From Eledone cirrhosa (lineage: Eukaryota), in contig OZ024742.1 in the NCBI GenBank assembly GCA_964016885.1, positions 31,434,001 to 31,498,000 of the forward strand: DNA of 64,000 bases, written 5' to 3'. The notes beneath the pieces were generated by a model. That model did no database searches, was not told the DNA's origin, and saw only the letters and a program-made list of their open reading frames with translations. The position numbers and the translations under genes were made by a program. This document shows positions 13,309-27,532 of the stretch, piece by piece. Every line of letters begins with the position of its first letter. Positions within the stretch are counted from its first letter, which is position 1.

Positions 13309-13405
13309 TCAACTCGATAACCAATATTCTCACAGATTAATATGCCAAAAAGGGATTTTAAAACAGGGTAGTTCACCATCATGCGTGATTATGAAAAATA
13401 AAACG

Positions 13406-13471
<66 letters not shown>

Positions 13472-13473
<2 letters not shown>

Positions 13474-13548
13474 GGGTGTCCTAAAAAATGTATACACATT
13501 TCAACAACATTCTAATAAATATGTGTATACATTTTTTGGACACCCTGT
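13472..13548. mobile_element. About 77-bp Tc1/mariner-type MITE
   Basis: TIRs cagggtgtcc(t)aaaaaatgtatacaca / tgtgtatacattttttggacaccctg in a TA-rich context. Confidence 0.7.
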
Positions 13549-13645
13549 GTATATATAGAATATTAGAGAGAGTCGGGGACAAACTATCTGTAAATAGTTA
13601 CACTACTATTCCAAATTTTACTAGTTTAAAACTGGTAAAATCCTG

Positions 13646-13676
<31 letters not shown>

Positions 13677-13678
<2 letters not shown>

Positions 13679-16488
13679 AGCCTCCAATAGAAATAGGAAG
13701 GAAAGGGAGTTGGTAGATAGTGTAGAAGAGGCAATTAGAAGCGGCGACGTGGCCAGAGTGCTAGCGTCGAGAACGGCCCTGGGCCAGTTCTTCGACGCGA
13801 AACACGAAGGCTGCATCGTCCGAAGCAAAATACGTGCTCTGGGAAACGAGGGGACCAAAGCTGTTAGCTGGGCCCGCGTGACAGAAGCCAAAAGAGGGAG
13901 CAGATCCACTATCCGGTCTTTGCGAGACCAGGATGGACGGGTGATCCTTGAACCTAAGCAGATGTGCGAGGCTTTTCAAAAGCACTTTGCCGGATTGTTC
14001 GGAAGGGGCGGGGGGCCGGTTGGGGACGTGGACTTCGGTCCATACCTCGACGGCCTGCCGCGTCTCTCGGACAGGGAGGCGAAGTCCTGCGAGGAGCCGA
14101 TTTCAGCCGCTGAGATAGAGGACGTGCTGAGCCAATGCGGCAAACGCAAATCCCCGGGTCTCGATGGTCTTCCATACGAACTATATCTAGCTATGCCGGA
14201 CTTGTTCCCCGAACTCCTCGAGGCGGTCTACTGCAACTGGCAACAGAACGGGAGAATTCCCTGTGCTGTGACCAAGGGCGTAGTCACGCTAGTGAGGAAG
14301 GACGAGAACAAGGGGGACGATATAAATAATTTCAGGCCCATAACTCTGCTAAATACAGAGTTACAGATTTTGGCCAAGGTGCTAGCAAAGAGGTTGGCGC
14401 TTGTCGTGGGCAACCTGGTGGGAGATGCGCAGACATGTGCTATCCCGTCCAGGTCCATCCACGATAACCTCCACCTCATGCGATACATCATAGAGAGGGT
14501 TGGGAACGAACCCGGCTTTGGTGGGGCCCTGATCAACTTGGATCAATCTAAGGCATTCGATAGGGTCGACCATGGCTACCTGGATGCGGTGCTAGCGGCG
14601 GCAGGCTTCGGACCCGTTTTCAGGGGCTGGATCAATGCCATGCACAGCAGCCACATCTGCTCTAGGGTCAAGGTGAACGGCTACCTCTCGGAGCCGTTCG
14701 AAATCGCGCGGTCGATCCGACAGGGGTGCCCTCTCTCCTCCCTTCTGTATGTAATGACTCTAGAGCCACTGCTGCGGAAGTTGGAGTTGTTGCAGGGCAT
14801 CCCGTTGGAACCGGGATTGCGGAAAGCGGTGTCAGCCTACGCCGATGACGTAACAGTAATGGTGTCGACGGCCTCGGAAATCGGGGCGATCGGCACCTTA
14901 CTGGAGGAGTACGAAAGGTTTACAGGGGCTAAGCTGAACCGGGACAAGTCGATCGGTCTGCAACTCGGCACGTGGAGGGGCAGATCGATGCCCTCCGATG
15001 GCGTCGTCGGGCGCTGGACGGAGGGCCCGGTGAAGTTACTCGGGGTCTGGTTCGGACCAGACCTCCAGGTGGAGAAGAACTGGGGTGAGGTGACGAACAG
15101 GGTGTTTGCACTGACCCAGAAGTGGGCCGAGTGCAAACTGTCCCTGAAAGGTCGGGCGGAGGTGGTGAACACTTATATAGCGTCCGTCATCTACTACCGC
15201 CTGACCGTTGTGCCTTGCCCAAGGGAAACGCTCGCCAAAATGGAGCGCGCACTCTTCCAATTCCTTTGAAAGAAGCGGGCTCCTATGGTGAGGAGATCCA
15301 TCTGCTGTCAACACCCTTCGAAAGGAGGGCTGGGGATGCCGTGGCTAATGATACGTAAACACGCATTAAGGCTACGGCACCTTCAGGTATTCCTCTCCGG
15401 TCAACCGGTGTGGGCCCCGTTTGTGAGGCGAGCCTTTCCCAGACTCGTCTCACTCACCGAGCTGCAATCCTGGGTCAAGCAAAGACCGAGAAAACTGGGC
15501 GCCTGGCACACCGCGTGTGCCCAGGCGCTCACGGCTCTCTGGCAGGCGGACCCGGCTGTCAGTGGAGAATCCACCTCGTCATTCTATAGAGGGCTGGTGG
15601 TTAGCAGGTGCGACGACGCCCTCGGAGAAGCCCTAGGCATGGAGGAAGACGAACTGGCCAACCTGTTCGGTAGGACATTCAGCCCGGGACCCATGGATAA
15701 CTTCCAGAGGTCCCTGGCCTGGCAATGCTACAGTAGGGCTCTGCCCGTTCGAGAAAGGCTCTACAGACACGGGCGCCCGGGTAGGGACCCATCGAAAAAG
15801 ATCTGTCCCAGATGCGTGTGCGACGAGGAAACCGTTGCACACGCATTGGTACACTGCTCGGGCATTGCCGATCTGTGGGGCTATGTCGAACAACTGCTGT
15901 CAAGGGTGGAACCGATCCGGTTGACCACCGAATCTATTGTAACGATCAAGCCGCCTCCCCTCTTCAAAAACGAAGGAGAGGCGGTGTTTCTGTGCGTAAT
16001 AGCCATGGCGAAAGAGGTTGTATGGTGGACGCGTCTGAAAGGACTGAGCTCAGACACTTTTCTCTCTGGCCAACAACTGGTCCGTTTCTTCCGATATCAT
16101 TTCGGAAGAAGGATCAGGATGGAGAGAGAGGTGCTGCACCCCAGCCGTTTCTATGAAAGATGGGTGAAAGTGGCGAGAATGGCCCGTGTGAATGGGCCTT
16201 CACTCTACATCAGACTATAGGTGAGGAAGATGAAAGACCAAGGGAGCACCCCTTCTCTGTGCTCCTGAGGAGAAGGGTTGCACACTTTTTTCGCGGGTGT
16301 GTGCGACCCCCAAGGCGCCTCCTCTCTATTGAGGACTTTGTTATAAATTTTATTTTTTGTTATATTTTATTTTATTTTATTTTTATATATTGTTATTGCC
16401 TCCTCCTTATTGAGGACGCCTTGTTTTGTAAACTCTCCCCATTGTACTTGTCCCACTTTTTGATGCCCTGGTGGCAAATAAAAAGAAA

Positions 16489-16490
<2 letters not shown>
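13677..16490 (+). mobile_element. 5'-truncated Tx1/L1-clade LINE (RT, C-terminal zinc finger, 3'UTR)
   Basis: GC-rich island flanked on both sides by (TATC)n; AATAAA and an A-rich end at about 16477-16490. Confidence 0.95.
13710..16220 (+). pseudogene. ORF2 reverse transcriptase with one in-frame stop
   Basis: KSPGLDGLP, NFRPITLLN, LDQSKAFDRV, QGCPLS, YADD and CPRC...HALVHC; ORFs 13710..15269 and 15285..16220 share a frame, split by TGA at 15267. Confidence 0.93.
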
Positions 16491-16532
<42 letters not shown>

Positions 16533-16543
16533 ACTATCAATAT

Positions 16544-16584
16544 TTGTCCCCTTCTTTTGTGCCCCTGTGGCTAATAAAGAAACA
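16544..16584 (+). mobile_element. About 40-bp Tx1 3' end with an approximately 21-bp target-site duplication
   Basis: tatctatctaactatcaatat occurs at 16523-16543 and 16585-16605. Confidence 0.75.
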
Positions 16585-16692
16585 TATCTATCTAACTATC
16601 AATATATATGGTTAAGATTTAATCAAGGTAGTAATCACTACCTTGATTAAATCTTAACCATTTAACATCTCAGGGTATGTCATGTATCATTA

Positions 16693-16747
16693 TATTTTGT
16701 CTGATGAGGACGTACTGTTGTACATCCGAAATATGTATAATGAAATG
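16693..16747 (+). ncRNA. Minimal type I HHR preceded by a 50-bp palindrome (16608-16661)
   Basis: tattttgt CTGATGA ggacgtac-tgtt-gtacatcc GAAA tatgta TA atgaaatg. Confidence 0.75.
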
Positions 16748-17278
16748 TAATTGATCAAAAGAACATCTATTTTATTAATAGTTATATTTTAATATTAATA
16801 ACTCCAGAAAATTATTTTCACGTTGAGTGCTTCCAATCTACTGTAAAACTCATTCTTTAACATAATCATTGAATATTGTTTAACAATTTTATATATATAT
16901 ATATATATATATATTGGCCATGACTGCTGCTACGGTTGTAGGCAGGCCGCTGTCTTATTAGCAAACCACTTTCCACTGATTGACCTCGATGTCACGTGTT
17001 CGATTCTTTTTGAATTTGCCACAGACGTAGAGGCAGTGATTTTCTCAATGGCTTGGAATTCAGTCCACGCTTCGCTATTTCCTATCCACTGAATTATTTT
17101 TTAGTTTCCAGTGTCCTCGCTTTGCCTGGAAACTTACATGAGAATAGACTTTCCTGACGACGGAATGCTTCTCAATATTATTCTTCGGAAAATATATTTA
17201 CTCCATTCCAGAAACTAATTAGTTGGAAGTGATATTTTAGTAAGTAAGTTAATTTTATAATTTTCTTATTTTACGTCT

Positions 17279-17327
<49 letters not shown>

Positions 17328-17779
17328 GTCTCATTCTGACGTCACCAGCCGTGTCTCTCCATGTGCGTTTATTTTCATATTTACGCATGAGTTGAACTAG
17401 CCTGATTTTAAATTCCCTTTTTCCCTTTTTGACATATTGTGGCAGTGGGATTTGGGTTATCGTGTTGAGCTCTTCTGATTAACGATTCCAACCGTGACCA
17501 TCCCCACTGAAAGTTTCGTGAAACAGTCTTTTTAAGACTATATAGAGCATTTGTAGTTTTTCCAAATTGAAGGATGAGTATTTAAGCTTTATTTTATTCA
17601 GAGTTAAGGCTCTATTGATTTTTCCCTGGATTTCACAAAATTCTGTCTTGATTTTTTTTTAATTGAGTTTGAATTATTTTCCCACATCTTACGTTAATTA
17701 TTTTCCATTTTGACGTTATAGTCACTTATATATTATGAAATACTGTTTGCTTCACGCTCACAATAATTTCTATACTTTC

Positions 17780-17817
<38 letters not shown>

Positions 17818-18337
17818 ATGGAGGCGGTAAAAACCAGTTAGGCCATTACTCAACAGAGTGCTCAATACTTGAAACGGCCGGAGCTCAGCCGTCGGGGTCA
17901 GAAAGAGAAAAAGAGAGAAAGAAAGAGGGAGAGAGAGAGAGGGAGAGATATTAAATTATCGATACAATACTAATTACAAACAAAATATAGTTCCCCATCC
18001 CCACACTCTACTAAATAGATCTTCATAAATGACAGGAAAACATTGAATTGTCCCTGGTTATAATCCTTTGTCATCATCAAGGACTACTCTTATCACCTGA
18101 CTTCCATTTTTACATTCACTTACGGTTTAGCCTTTGAAGATAGATATATAAGGGGAGATAATTGATACGTAAAGGGAGGTAATTGATATGTGTGGGAGGA
18201 GGAAGTACATATGTGAGGGGAGGGGAGGTAGATATGTGAGGGGGAGGGCGGAATGAAAGTTAGAGAAATGGAGAAAAATAAAGATGAAAGAAAAACGGAA
18301 GGAAGGAAATTACGAAAGACTGAGAGAGAGACTGTGA

Positions 18338-18392
<55 letters not shown>

Positions 18393-18681
18393 TGTGTGTG
18401 AGACTGAGAGAGAGAGAGAGAGAGAGAGTGTGGAAGACTGTGAGAGAGAGAGACAGAGAGAGAGAGAGTGTGTGTGAGATTGAGAGAGAGAGAGAGAGAG
18501 AGACAGTGAGAGAGAGAGTGTGTGTGAGACTGTGTGAGAGAGAGAGAGAGAGTGTGTGAGACTGTGACAGAGAGAGAGAGAGAGACAGAGAGAGTGTATG
18601 AGACTGTGAGAGAGAGAGAAAGACAGAGAGAGTGTGTGAGACTGTGAGAGAGAGAGAAAGACAGAGAGAGTGTGTGACTGT

Positions 18682-18738
<57 letters not shown>

Positions 18739-18753
18739 TGTGTGTGAGACTGT

Positions 18754-18785
<32 letters not shown>

Positions 18786-18796
18786 GTGTGTGAGAC

Positions 18797-18839
<43 letters not shown>

Positions 18840-19008
18840 GAGTGTGTGAGAGTGAGGGAGAAAGAGAGAGACTGTGTATGTGAGAGAGAGAGAGAGAGAG
18901 AGTGTGTGTGTGAGAGAGCGTATATGCGTGTGTGTGTGGGAGGGGTGGGGGTGGGGATAGAGAGTGTGTGCGCGTGAGAGTGTGTGTATGTATGTGTGTG
19001 TGTGTGTA

Positions 19009-19101
<93 letters not shown>

Positions 19102-19920
19102 AAGATAGAGAAGCCATACCAAGTTTCTCTCTTCCATTGATCACTTTAGAAAACCGCCATTAAACGACGTTCGATTTAAATCGAATTTTATTTTGTTTTT
19201 ATCTTGTTTTCAGTATTTTTACTTTTTCAGGATTTTATTGGAAAACAGGAAACAAAACGTATTTTATTGATGTAGAGTATTATAGAGTGATGGGGGGAGA
19301 GAGTGGGGAGTGGCAGGAGGAATCGGGAGTAGGAGGAGAACATGAAGAGTGGGGGAGAGATAGGAAGTAGGAGGAGGAATCGGGAGTAGAAGGGGAGAGA
19401 TAGGGAGTATGAGGAGAGAGTAATGGGGGTGTGGGAGCGGAGGTATGGGAGAGGAGTAGGAGGAGGGATATGGAGAGTAGGTCACCCTCAACGCTGTTGG
19501 CGGCACATTTCAGCTGCACTCGGCGGAGTAGATGGTGGCACTCTGTCAGTTTGCCTCAGAGTGTGTACAGGGTCTACTTAGGTACATACCTAAACATTAA
19601 TACATTAATAGATAGATAAATAGATAGACAGATAGATAGATAGATAGATACATACATATACATACATACATACATATACATACATACCAACAGTAACAAA
19701 CATACAGATAAACACACCAATGTACACACGTCAACAGGTCCATACACACACCAGCACACATATGAACAGACATACACACCAACACGCGCACACAACTCAC
19801 CAACATATACACACATACCAGCAAAATACAGCAACACACACACACACATACATACATAGTAACACGAACAAACATACACATACACACCGACACACACATT
19901 CACACCTCCTCCACACAGAC

Positions 19921-20005
<85 letters not shown>

Positions 20006-20044
20006 CGGACACACACACAGACAGACACACACATATACATATAT

Positions 20045-20745
20045 ATGAAAAAATGGCGTGCTGGGTGGTTGCAAATGGGTTACATATGAATAAAATTAGT
20101 CCTTCATCAGTGATCTTCCAGCCTTCATTGGTATTTCATCGCTTTAAAGACCATATACCTCTGGTTGGTGTGAGCAACGGCTAAAGAAAGTCGTTGGGAC
20201 ACGTAAATAGGGGGAACGAGCGAGACAGTAAACAAACAAAGATGGTAATGCAACGAAAAGTGAGGAAGAAGGAGTCAAGTCCCTGAAATCGATGAACGTA
20301 AGTTCTGTGAAATCGTAGACTAGAGAATAAAGACCATCAAACCTGGTCGAAATGTGAGTGAGGAAAGAATTTCGCACAGGTCAAACGGGAGGAAGTGATG
20401 GAGAGGGAGTAGCAGAGAGTGAGTGAGTGAAAGTGTGAGGAAGAGGCTAACAGAGAGAGTGACTGGCAGAGGGGGTAAAAAGAAAGTGAGAGATACAGAG
20501 AAAGGGGAAGCAGTAAGAAAGAAAGAGACGGGCCACAGCGGAGGAATATATATAAATATATGAAAAAATGACGTGCTGGGTGGTTGCAAATGGGTTACAT
20601 ATGAATAAAATGAGTCCTTCATCAGTGATCTTCAAGCCTTCATTGATATTTCATCGCTCGCACCAACCAGAGCTATATGGTCTTTAAAGCGATGAAATAC
20701 CAATGAAGGCTGGAAGATCACTGATGAAGGACTAATTTTATTCAT
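20045..20745 (-). mobile_element. Family X element: about 514-bp monomer, partial tandem plus an inverted segment
   Basis: 20047-20145 is repeated at 20561-20657; 20657-20745 is an inverted copy. Confidence 0.7.
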
Positions 20746-20829
20746 ATATATATATATATATATATACAATAATGTCCGTATGTGTATAGACATTATTGTG
20801 TATATATGTATATACATATATAAAGGAAC

Positions 20830-21040
20830 GATCGACTTTCGTCAAATCGGACCGAGGAAACAATGTTTCCTTTGGTCTTTCCAATTGCTAATAATATCTA
20901 TCGGTCGCAACTCCAGGTAGAAGGAGCAACGTGAAATAAAGTGTCTTGCTCAAGGACATAACGCATCGCCCTGTCCAGGAATCGAACTCACAATCTTACG
21001 ATTGCGAATCCAATTCTCTAACCACTCAGCCACACGCCTT
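20830..21040 (-). mobile_element. tRNA-derived SINE (family 2)
   Basis: Minus-strand head tggctgagtggttagagaa...gagttcgattcc (A and B boxes), then ccttgagcaagacac; other copies near 47280-47420, 47730-47866, 53140-53363 and 54660-54780. Confidence 0.8.
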
Positions 21041-21067
<27 letters not shown>

Positions 21068-21072
<5 letters not shown>

Positions 21073-22090
21073 AGTATGTATACGTACATACATATATGTA
21101 TACAGACGTACAGTAGTATGTATATATATATATACATACATGCACACATATATATATGTACGTATGGATTCACCGAACATTTATTATAATGCTCGGTGTG
21201 TTTGTAAACAAACATCCCGAATTAAGCCGTACAGTGTCTAGCAACCATCGTTGCTCATTTGTTCAACCCTGACAAAGGAACGCTGTACTAGTTTCAAGCT
21301 TATTAGCTATCTTCAGCAACGTATACCTTCCTGCCAGATGATTGAACGTCTGAAAGTATATACTTTCCTTATGCATATTAACGGCTGAGCAGCCTAATTT
21401 GCATATCGAGTGAGTTAATCGGCCGGGGTACCGAAAACGATAAACGGAAAAAATGAAACGAAATTTCATTTCTCACCCTTAGTACAGCTGTTACTTAAAT
21501 ATAAGTATGTATACGTACATACATATATGTATACAGACGTACAGTAGTATGTATATATTTCATTTCCCACACTTGATACGGGATGTTTGTTTACAAACAC
21601 ACCGAGCATTATAATAAATGTTCGGTGAATCCATACGTACATATATATATATGTGTGCATGTATGTATATATATATACATACTACTGTACGTCTGTATAC
21701 ATATGTGTATGTACGTGTACATACTTATATTTAAGTAACAGCCGTACTAAAAGTGGGAAATGAAATTTCGTTTCATTTTTTTCCGTTTATCGTTTTCGGT
21801 GCACCCGGCCGATTAACCCACTCGATATGCAAATTGGGCTACTCAGCCGTTAATATGCATAAGGAAAGTATATACTTTCAGACGTTCAACAATTTGGCAG
21901 GAAGGTATACGTTGCTGACGATAGTTAATAAGCTTGAAACTAGCACAGCGTTCCTTTGTCAGTGTTGAACAAACGAGCAACGATGGTTGCTAGACACTAC
22001 GGCTTAATACGGGATGTTTGTTTACAAACACACCGAGCATTATAATAAATGTTCGGTGAATCCATACGTACATATTTATATGTGTGCATA
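21068..22090. mobile_element. Family Z HHR element: two opposed partial tandems of an approximately 431-bp monomer
   Basis: Period 431 in both arms; HHRs at 21280-21322 (minus) and 21909-21951 (plus, cleavage-site U mutated to C). Confidence 0.8.
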
Positions 22091-22295
22091 TTTATATGTG
22101 TGCATCTCAAAATTATTTTTGAAAAGCATTAGAAATGCGCAACCGGTAAAAACTTAAAACTAAAACTGAATACTAACCAATACTTATTACTAATTTCTAC
22201 TTATTCCTAATTAAACTATTTTTCACTGGGAACAATTTGTCAGCATTTTCTTTTCCTTTTACTAATATATCACAACTCGTGTGTTACACCTCTAT

Positions 22296-22352
<57 letters not shown>

Positions 22353-22508
22353 ATAATGTCCGCATGTATATAGACATTATTATTTTGCCTTTCATCTTTA
22401 CAGGGTCGATAAAATAAAGTACCAGTAATACACTGGCTAATTGCTGGCCTTGTGCCAAAAGTAGAAACAATTATGTATATATATAACGTCCGTATGTATA
22501 TAGACATT

Positions 22509-22548
<40 letters not shown>

Positions 22549-22707
22549 GTCCGTATCTATTATAATTTATAAAATCTCTATTTCTGCTTCTTTCCTCCAT
22601 ATTGGTCCTGTTAATCACATCAAATATTTGTCTTTTGTTTCGCTTTAACACATATATTATTGTCGTCGTCGTCGTCGTCGTCGTCGTCGTTGTTGTTGTT
22701 GTTGTTG

Positions 22708-22746
<39 letters not shown>

Positions 22747-22899
22747 TTGTTGTCTTTCTACGTCGTTTTATCACTTTTGTCCGGATATGTTCCCAGCATC
22801 ACACATTTCCCGAATATATAATGCATTATTCTTTTGTAATTGTATTGCACTGGTAATGTCGAAATGGCTGTACTGCTGCTTCCGTCTTTCTTTCTTTCT

Positions 22900-23007
<108 letters not shown>

Positions 23008-23179
23008 GATAATTGTTTCTACTTTTGGCACAAGGCCAGCAATTATTCCAGTGTATTACTGGTACTTTATTTTATCGTCCCCGTAAGGATGAAAGGCAAA
23101 GTTAACCTCGGCGGGATTTGAACTCAATAATAGATACACACTAATGTATCTAGGTAGCAGTACAATATTAGATCATGTA

Positions 23180-24270
23180 AGAGGTTTACTTTCGAATATT
23201 TTTCATCTGTTTGTGTAATTCCTTGTAACAGTTGTACCTACTTGTTATTAACCTGTTTACTTTTGACCTTCTCTCTCTCTCCCTGAGGTTCTGTTTCGAG
23301 GGGAAAATGGCCATAGTTTATGTAAAACCTGGAAGCTCTAAGACAAATCTTTAGTTATTACAATTCATGGTGGTTTCCCCACTCTCACCATATTCATCAC
23401 CATCACTACGGTGTTGTTTCATCTCTCCTCATTCTCACCATCTTTATCATCGTCGTTATAATGTTGTTTCACCTCCATGGGATCCTCATTAAATATATCT
23501 TCACCATGTGATTCAACTAACTCCCCTACATCATCATCATTTATTTCATTAAATACAACTTACCCTACCAGTCTAACAGTCTCATTAATATCTTTTATTG
23601 GCTCCTCAAAACCCAGGAAGTCTGCAATACTGTCTGGGTAGATTGTATTGCAGACATACCCCAGTAAAACTCTCAATATAATTCATGATATCGTATCCAC
23701 ACCAAAACTCTTTTATATTGTTTGATTAGGTTCATAACTGGTTGTATTTGGAGGTAGAAACGCTACCTAAACATTAACTATCATGCTATCCAGGTATCCA
23801 GGTAAGGTAAGTAATCCAAAGTATTGTCCTCAAGAAAGGTTCAAAATGTGAAAATATTCTTGGACAACTGAGCAAGAAACACGAAGTAGGCCTATGTTTG
23901 ATCCCTGTTCTGGTGATCCACCCCTTTTTGTTTGATCGTTAGGTAACAGAGTGCGACCTCAAATGAGCCCTCTCCATTTACCCTCTCATTCACCTCTCGT
24001 ACGGAAGACACAGCTTACTCATGGCCGCTGACAACAGGGTTACTGCCTTTAAATATTTGTTGTTGCGATGAGTTTCCTCTTTCGTCAATAATATTTTTTT
24101 TAAATAAGATGGAAAGTTAGCTGTGGTTTCCTTGTTGTCACCTGGAGATTCATCTGATGCCTGAAATTATGAGCTACTTCTACATACACCATAACCACAC
24201 CAGTTTTTCATTTGCACTTCATTAACCTAAACATTACCCCAGAACTGAGATAAACACTAAAAAAGGAAAC
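23180..24270 (-). pseudogene. Decayed pogo/Tigger transposase
   Basis: Manual translation fragments FPSYLKKIIDERG..QQIF, FLPPNTTS, IKEFWCGYDIM, DFLGFEE and DDVGELVESHGEDIFNED. Confidence 0.7.
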
Positions 24271-24299
24271 AGCTGGCATAGGTTAACAGGATAATTCTG

Positions 24300-24890
24300 C
24301 CGTGATAATATGATATTTGATAATGCTATTGTGATAATGTGGTATTTGATAATGCTTTTGAGATAATGTGGTATCTGATAATGTTGATGTGATAATGTGG
24401 TATTTGATAATGCTGTTGTGATAATGTGGTATTTGATAATGTTGTAAAAATGTGGATAATGTATCTGATAATGTGGTGTCTGATAATGCTGCTCTGATAA
24501 TGCTGTTGTGATAATGTGGTATCTGATAATGCTGCTCTGATAATCCTTTTGTGATAATGCTGTTGTGATAATGTGGTGTCTGATAATGCTTTTGAGATAA
24601 TGTGGTATCTAATAATGCTGTTGTGATAAGGTGGAAACTGTGGTATCTGATAATGCTGCTCTGATAATGTGGTATCTGATAATATGGTATCTGATAATGT
24701 GGTATCTGATAATATGGTATCTGATAATGTGGTATCTGATAATGCTGTTGTGATAATATAGTATCTGATAATGTGGTATCTGATAATATGGTATCTGATA
24801 ATGTGGTATCTGATAATGCTGTTGTGATAATATAGTATCTGATAATGTGGTATCTGATAATGTGGTATCTGCTCTGATAATGTGGTATTT
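24300..24890. repeat. Minisatellite with about 15-bp unit tgataatgtggtatc and variants
   Basis: Direct inspection. Confidence 0.9.
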
Positions 24891-25001
24891 AAGAACAATT
24901 CTAGTCTCCTCAGCCATTCCAGTCGTGTTCACTATTATCGGAGAGATCAAATAACCGTACGGAATTTTATCAGAGAATCTAATGTCTAGTCTCTCTCTCT
25001 T

Positions 25002-25066
<65 letters not shown>

Positions 25067-25128
25067 CACACACACACACATAATACTCTCTTTCTCTATA
25101 GGCCCTCTCTCTCTCTCTCTCTCTCTCT

Positions 25129-25180
<52 letters not shown>

Positions 25181-25270
25181 CTTTCTGCTTTATTGGAATA
25201 TGAAGAGATTCTAATACAGAAATTGAAACCGGAAAGTAGTCATGGCTTCAACAACAACACACACAAACAA

Positions 25271-25362
<92 letters not shown>

Positions 25363-25668
25363 GTGTGTGTGTGTGTGTTTGTGTGTGTGTGTATGTGTGT
25401 GTGTATGCATGTGTATGTGTGTATGTTTAAGTTTGTGTATAAGTGTGCATATATAAGTTCCAACGATATATAACAGGATATATCAAGTGTGTGTAGCTAG
25501 TATTGTGTACATGTACACAGAACTAATAATAGGAAATACTTCAAGATGTTATAATGGTCTACAATGCAAACCTTTGATCTCAATAATTAGTATCAATCAC
25601 CAATTATAGATTTTGGTAATAATCATTCTAAGACCATGATTTCTTTCATCGATATGATTTGCTCTTGG

Positions 25669-25734
<66 letters not shown>

Positions 25735-26130
25735 CGTGCTGCGTTGTTGCGAGTGTGATACATATGAATGAAAATAGAGCGAGAAACGGGACTGTCCATC
25801 ATCAGTGATCTGCTGACTATCATTGGTATTACTTCGCATTAAAGACCAGATACCTCAAAATCAGTGCGAGCAATAACTAAAATAAATTATTAGGACAGAG
25901 CGAATTGGATGGGGAAAGAGGGACTGTAAAGAAACAACATAGTAGTAATGCAATGTAAAAAGAGGAAAAGAGAGACAAGTCAATGATACTTGTGAACTTA
26001 AGTTCGAACAAATCAATCGACGAGAAGAACCATGCAAAATGTGAGCGAGAAAAGAATTTCACAGAGGTCAGACGGGAGAAAGTGAGAGAGGGGGAGTAGC
26101 AGAAAGTGAGTGAGTGAAAGTGTGCTCACA

Positions 26131-26259
<129 letters not shown>

Positions 26260-26846
26260 AATTTTAGTACAGCATTAACGAAGCTTTAGGCTGCGGCTAA
26301 GCTAACGAATGCAAATTCGGTATGTAGATTTAGCACTCGATGGAGAATAATACCCCAGAGTTATAACAATACGTTTAGACAGCTTTGCAGTCCATAGCAA
26401 CGAAAAACACTGGACTCAGGAAAAGATTTTTGACTGACCTGGACCATCACGCGGAGACCGAATGCAACACAAAATGCATATCGTATAGCATACGATATAC
26501 ATCACATATAACATACAACATCCACGCTAGGTTTCTGTAAATCCGAGATCGACTAATTCCGCTTGCAGGGGTCTGCAAGTTAATGGCTTTTGACGACAGA
26601 ACAAAGGATTTACTTCGTCAACAGTCTTGCGTTCTATAGCCTCAGCGGGTGTGTTCTAGCAGTAAATTTCGCTATAGACACGTGGTTTTCTCAAAGGGAG
26701 GTAACCCCCGTTTTGGCGGTGAATTCGAAATTTGAGACAAATGAATGAAATTCCCGTAGACAAACCGAATTAAGCACTCAACCAGAAGTTATCAAACAAA
26801 CATAAACAATTAATCAATCAATAGAATTGTCTAATTAAATTAATCA

Positions 26847-26906
<60 letters not shown>

Positions 26907-26982
26907 GTGGAACACTGGAAGGTAATATCCGTAGTGGTAGAGCACTCAGTCCAAGGACGAGTTAGGTAGAAGTGGTAACCAC

Positions 26983-27070
<88 letters not shown>

Positions 27071-27237
27071 GTGAGGTTTCTTTTACAAAATGAAAAATAA
27101 CCGAGGTGTCCTACACGAGTGAAAGTATAAAGAAAAAAAGATGAAATCGAAAATGCAACTGGAGTCTTATTTTAAAAAAAAATATATATATTTCTCACAG
27201 ATGTGAGAAAAACCACAGACCCTCCATCTCAACTCTA

Positions 27238-27273
27238 CTTTTGAAAAGCAGAAGAACTGCGAAACCGGTAAAG
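27238..27273 (+). ncRNA. Minimal HHR with U3:A8 core variant, between 57-bp inverted arms
   Basis: ctt TTGAAAA gcag-aagaa-ctgc GAAA ccgg TA aag; arms at 27137-27193 and 27283-27340. Confidence 0.55.
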
Positions 27274-27336
27274 GAACCAAATAAATATATATATTTTTTT
27301 AAAAAATAAGACTCCAGTTGCATTTTCGATTTCATC

Positions 27337-27403
<67 letters not shown>

Positions 27404-27440
27404 TTATTTATACATATATATATATATTTATTTATACATA

Positions 27441-27532
<92 letters not shown>

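Noticed and set aside
13664-16156. Short overlapping ORFs within the LINE
   Set aside because: Alternative-frame and antisense shadows of a GC-rich RT ORF
24326-25079. ORFs with YQIPH/IIRYH/DTTLS repeats
   Set aside because: Open frames of a 15-bp minisatellite
26628-26685. Possible type II hammerhead on the minus strand (tctatagc GAAA ... CTGAG gctataga)
   Set aside because: Core is incomplete and stems I and III cannot be assigned
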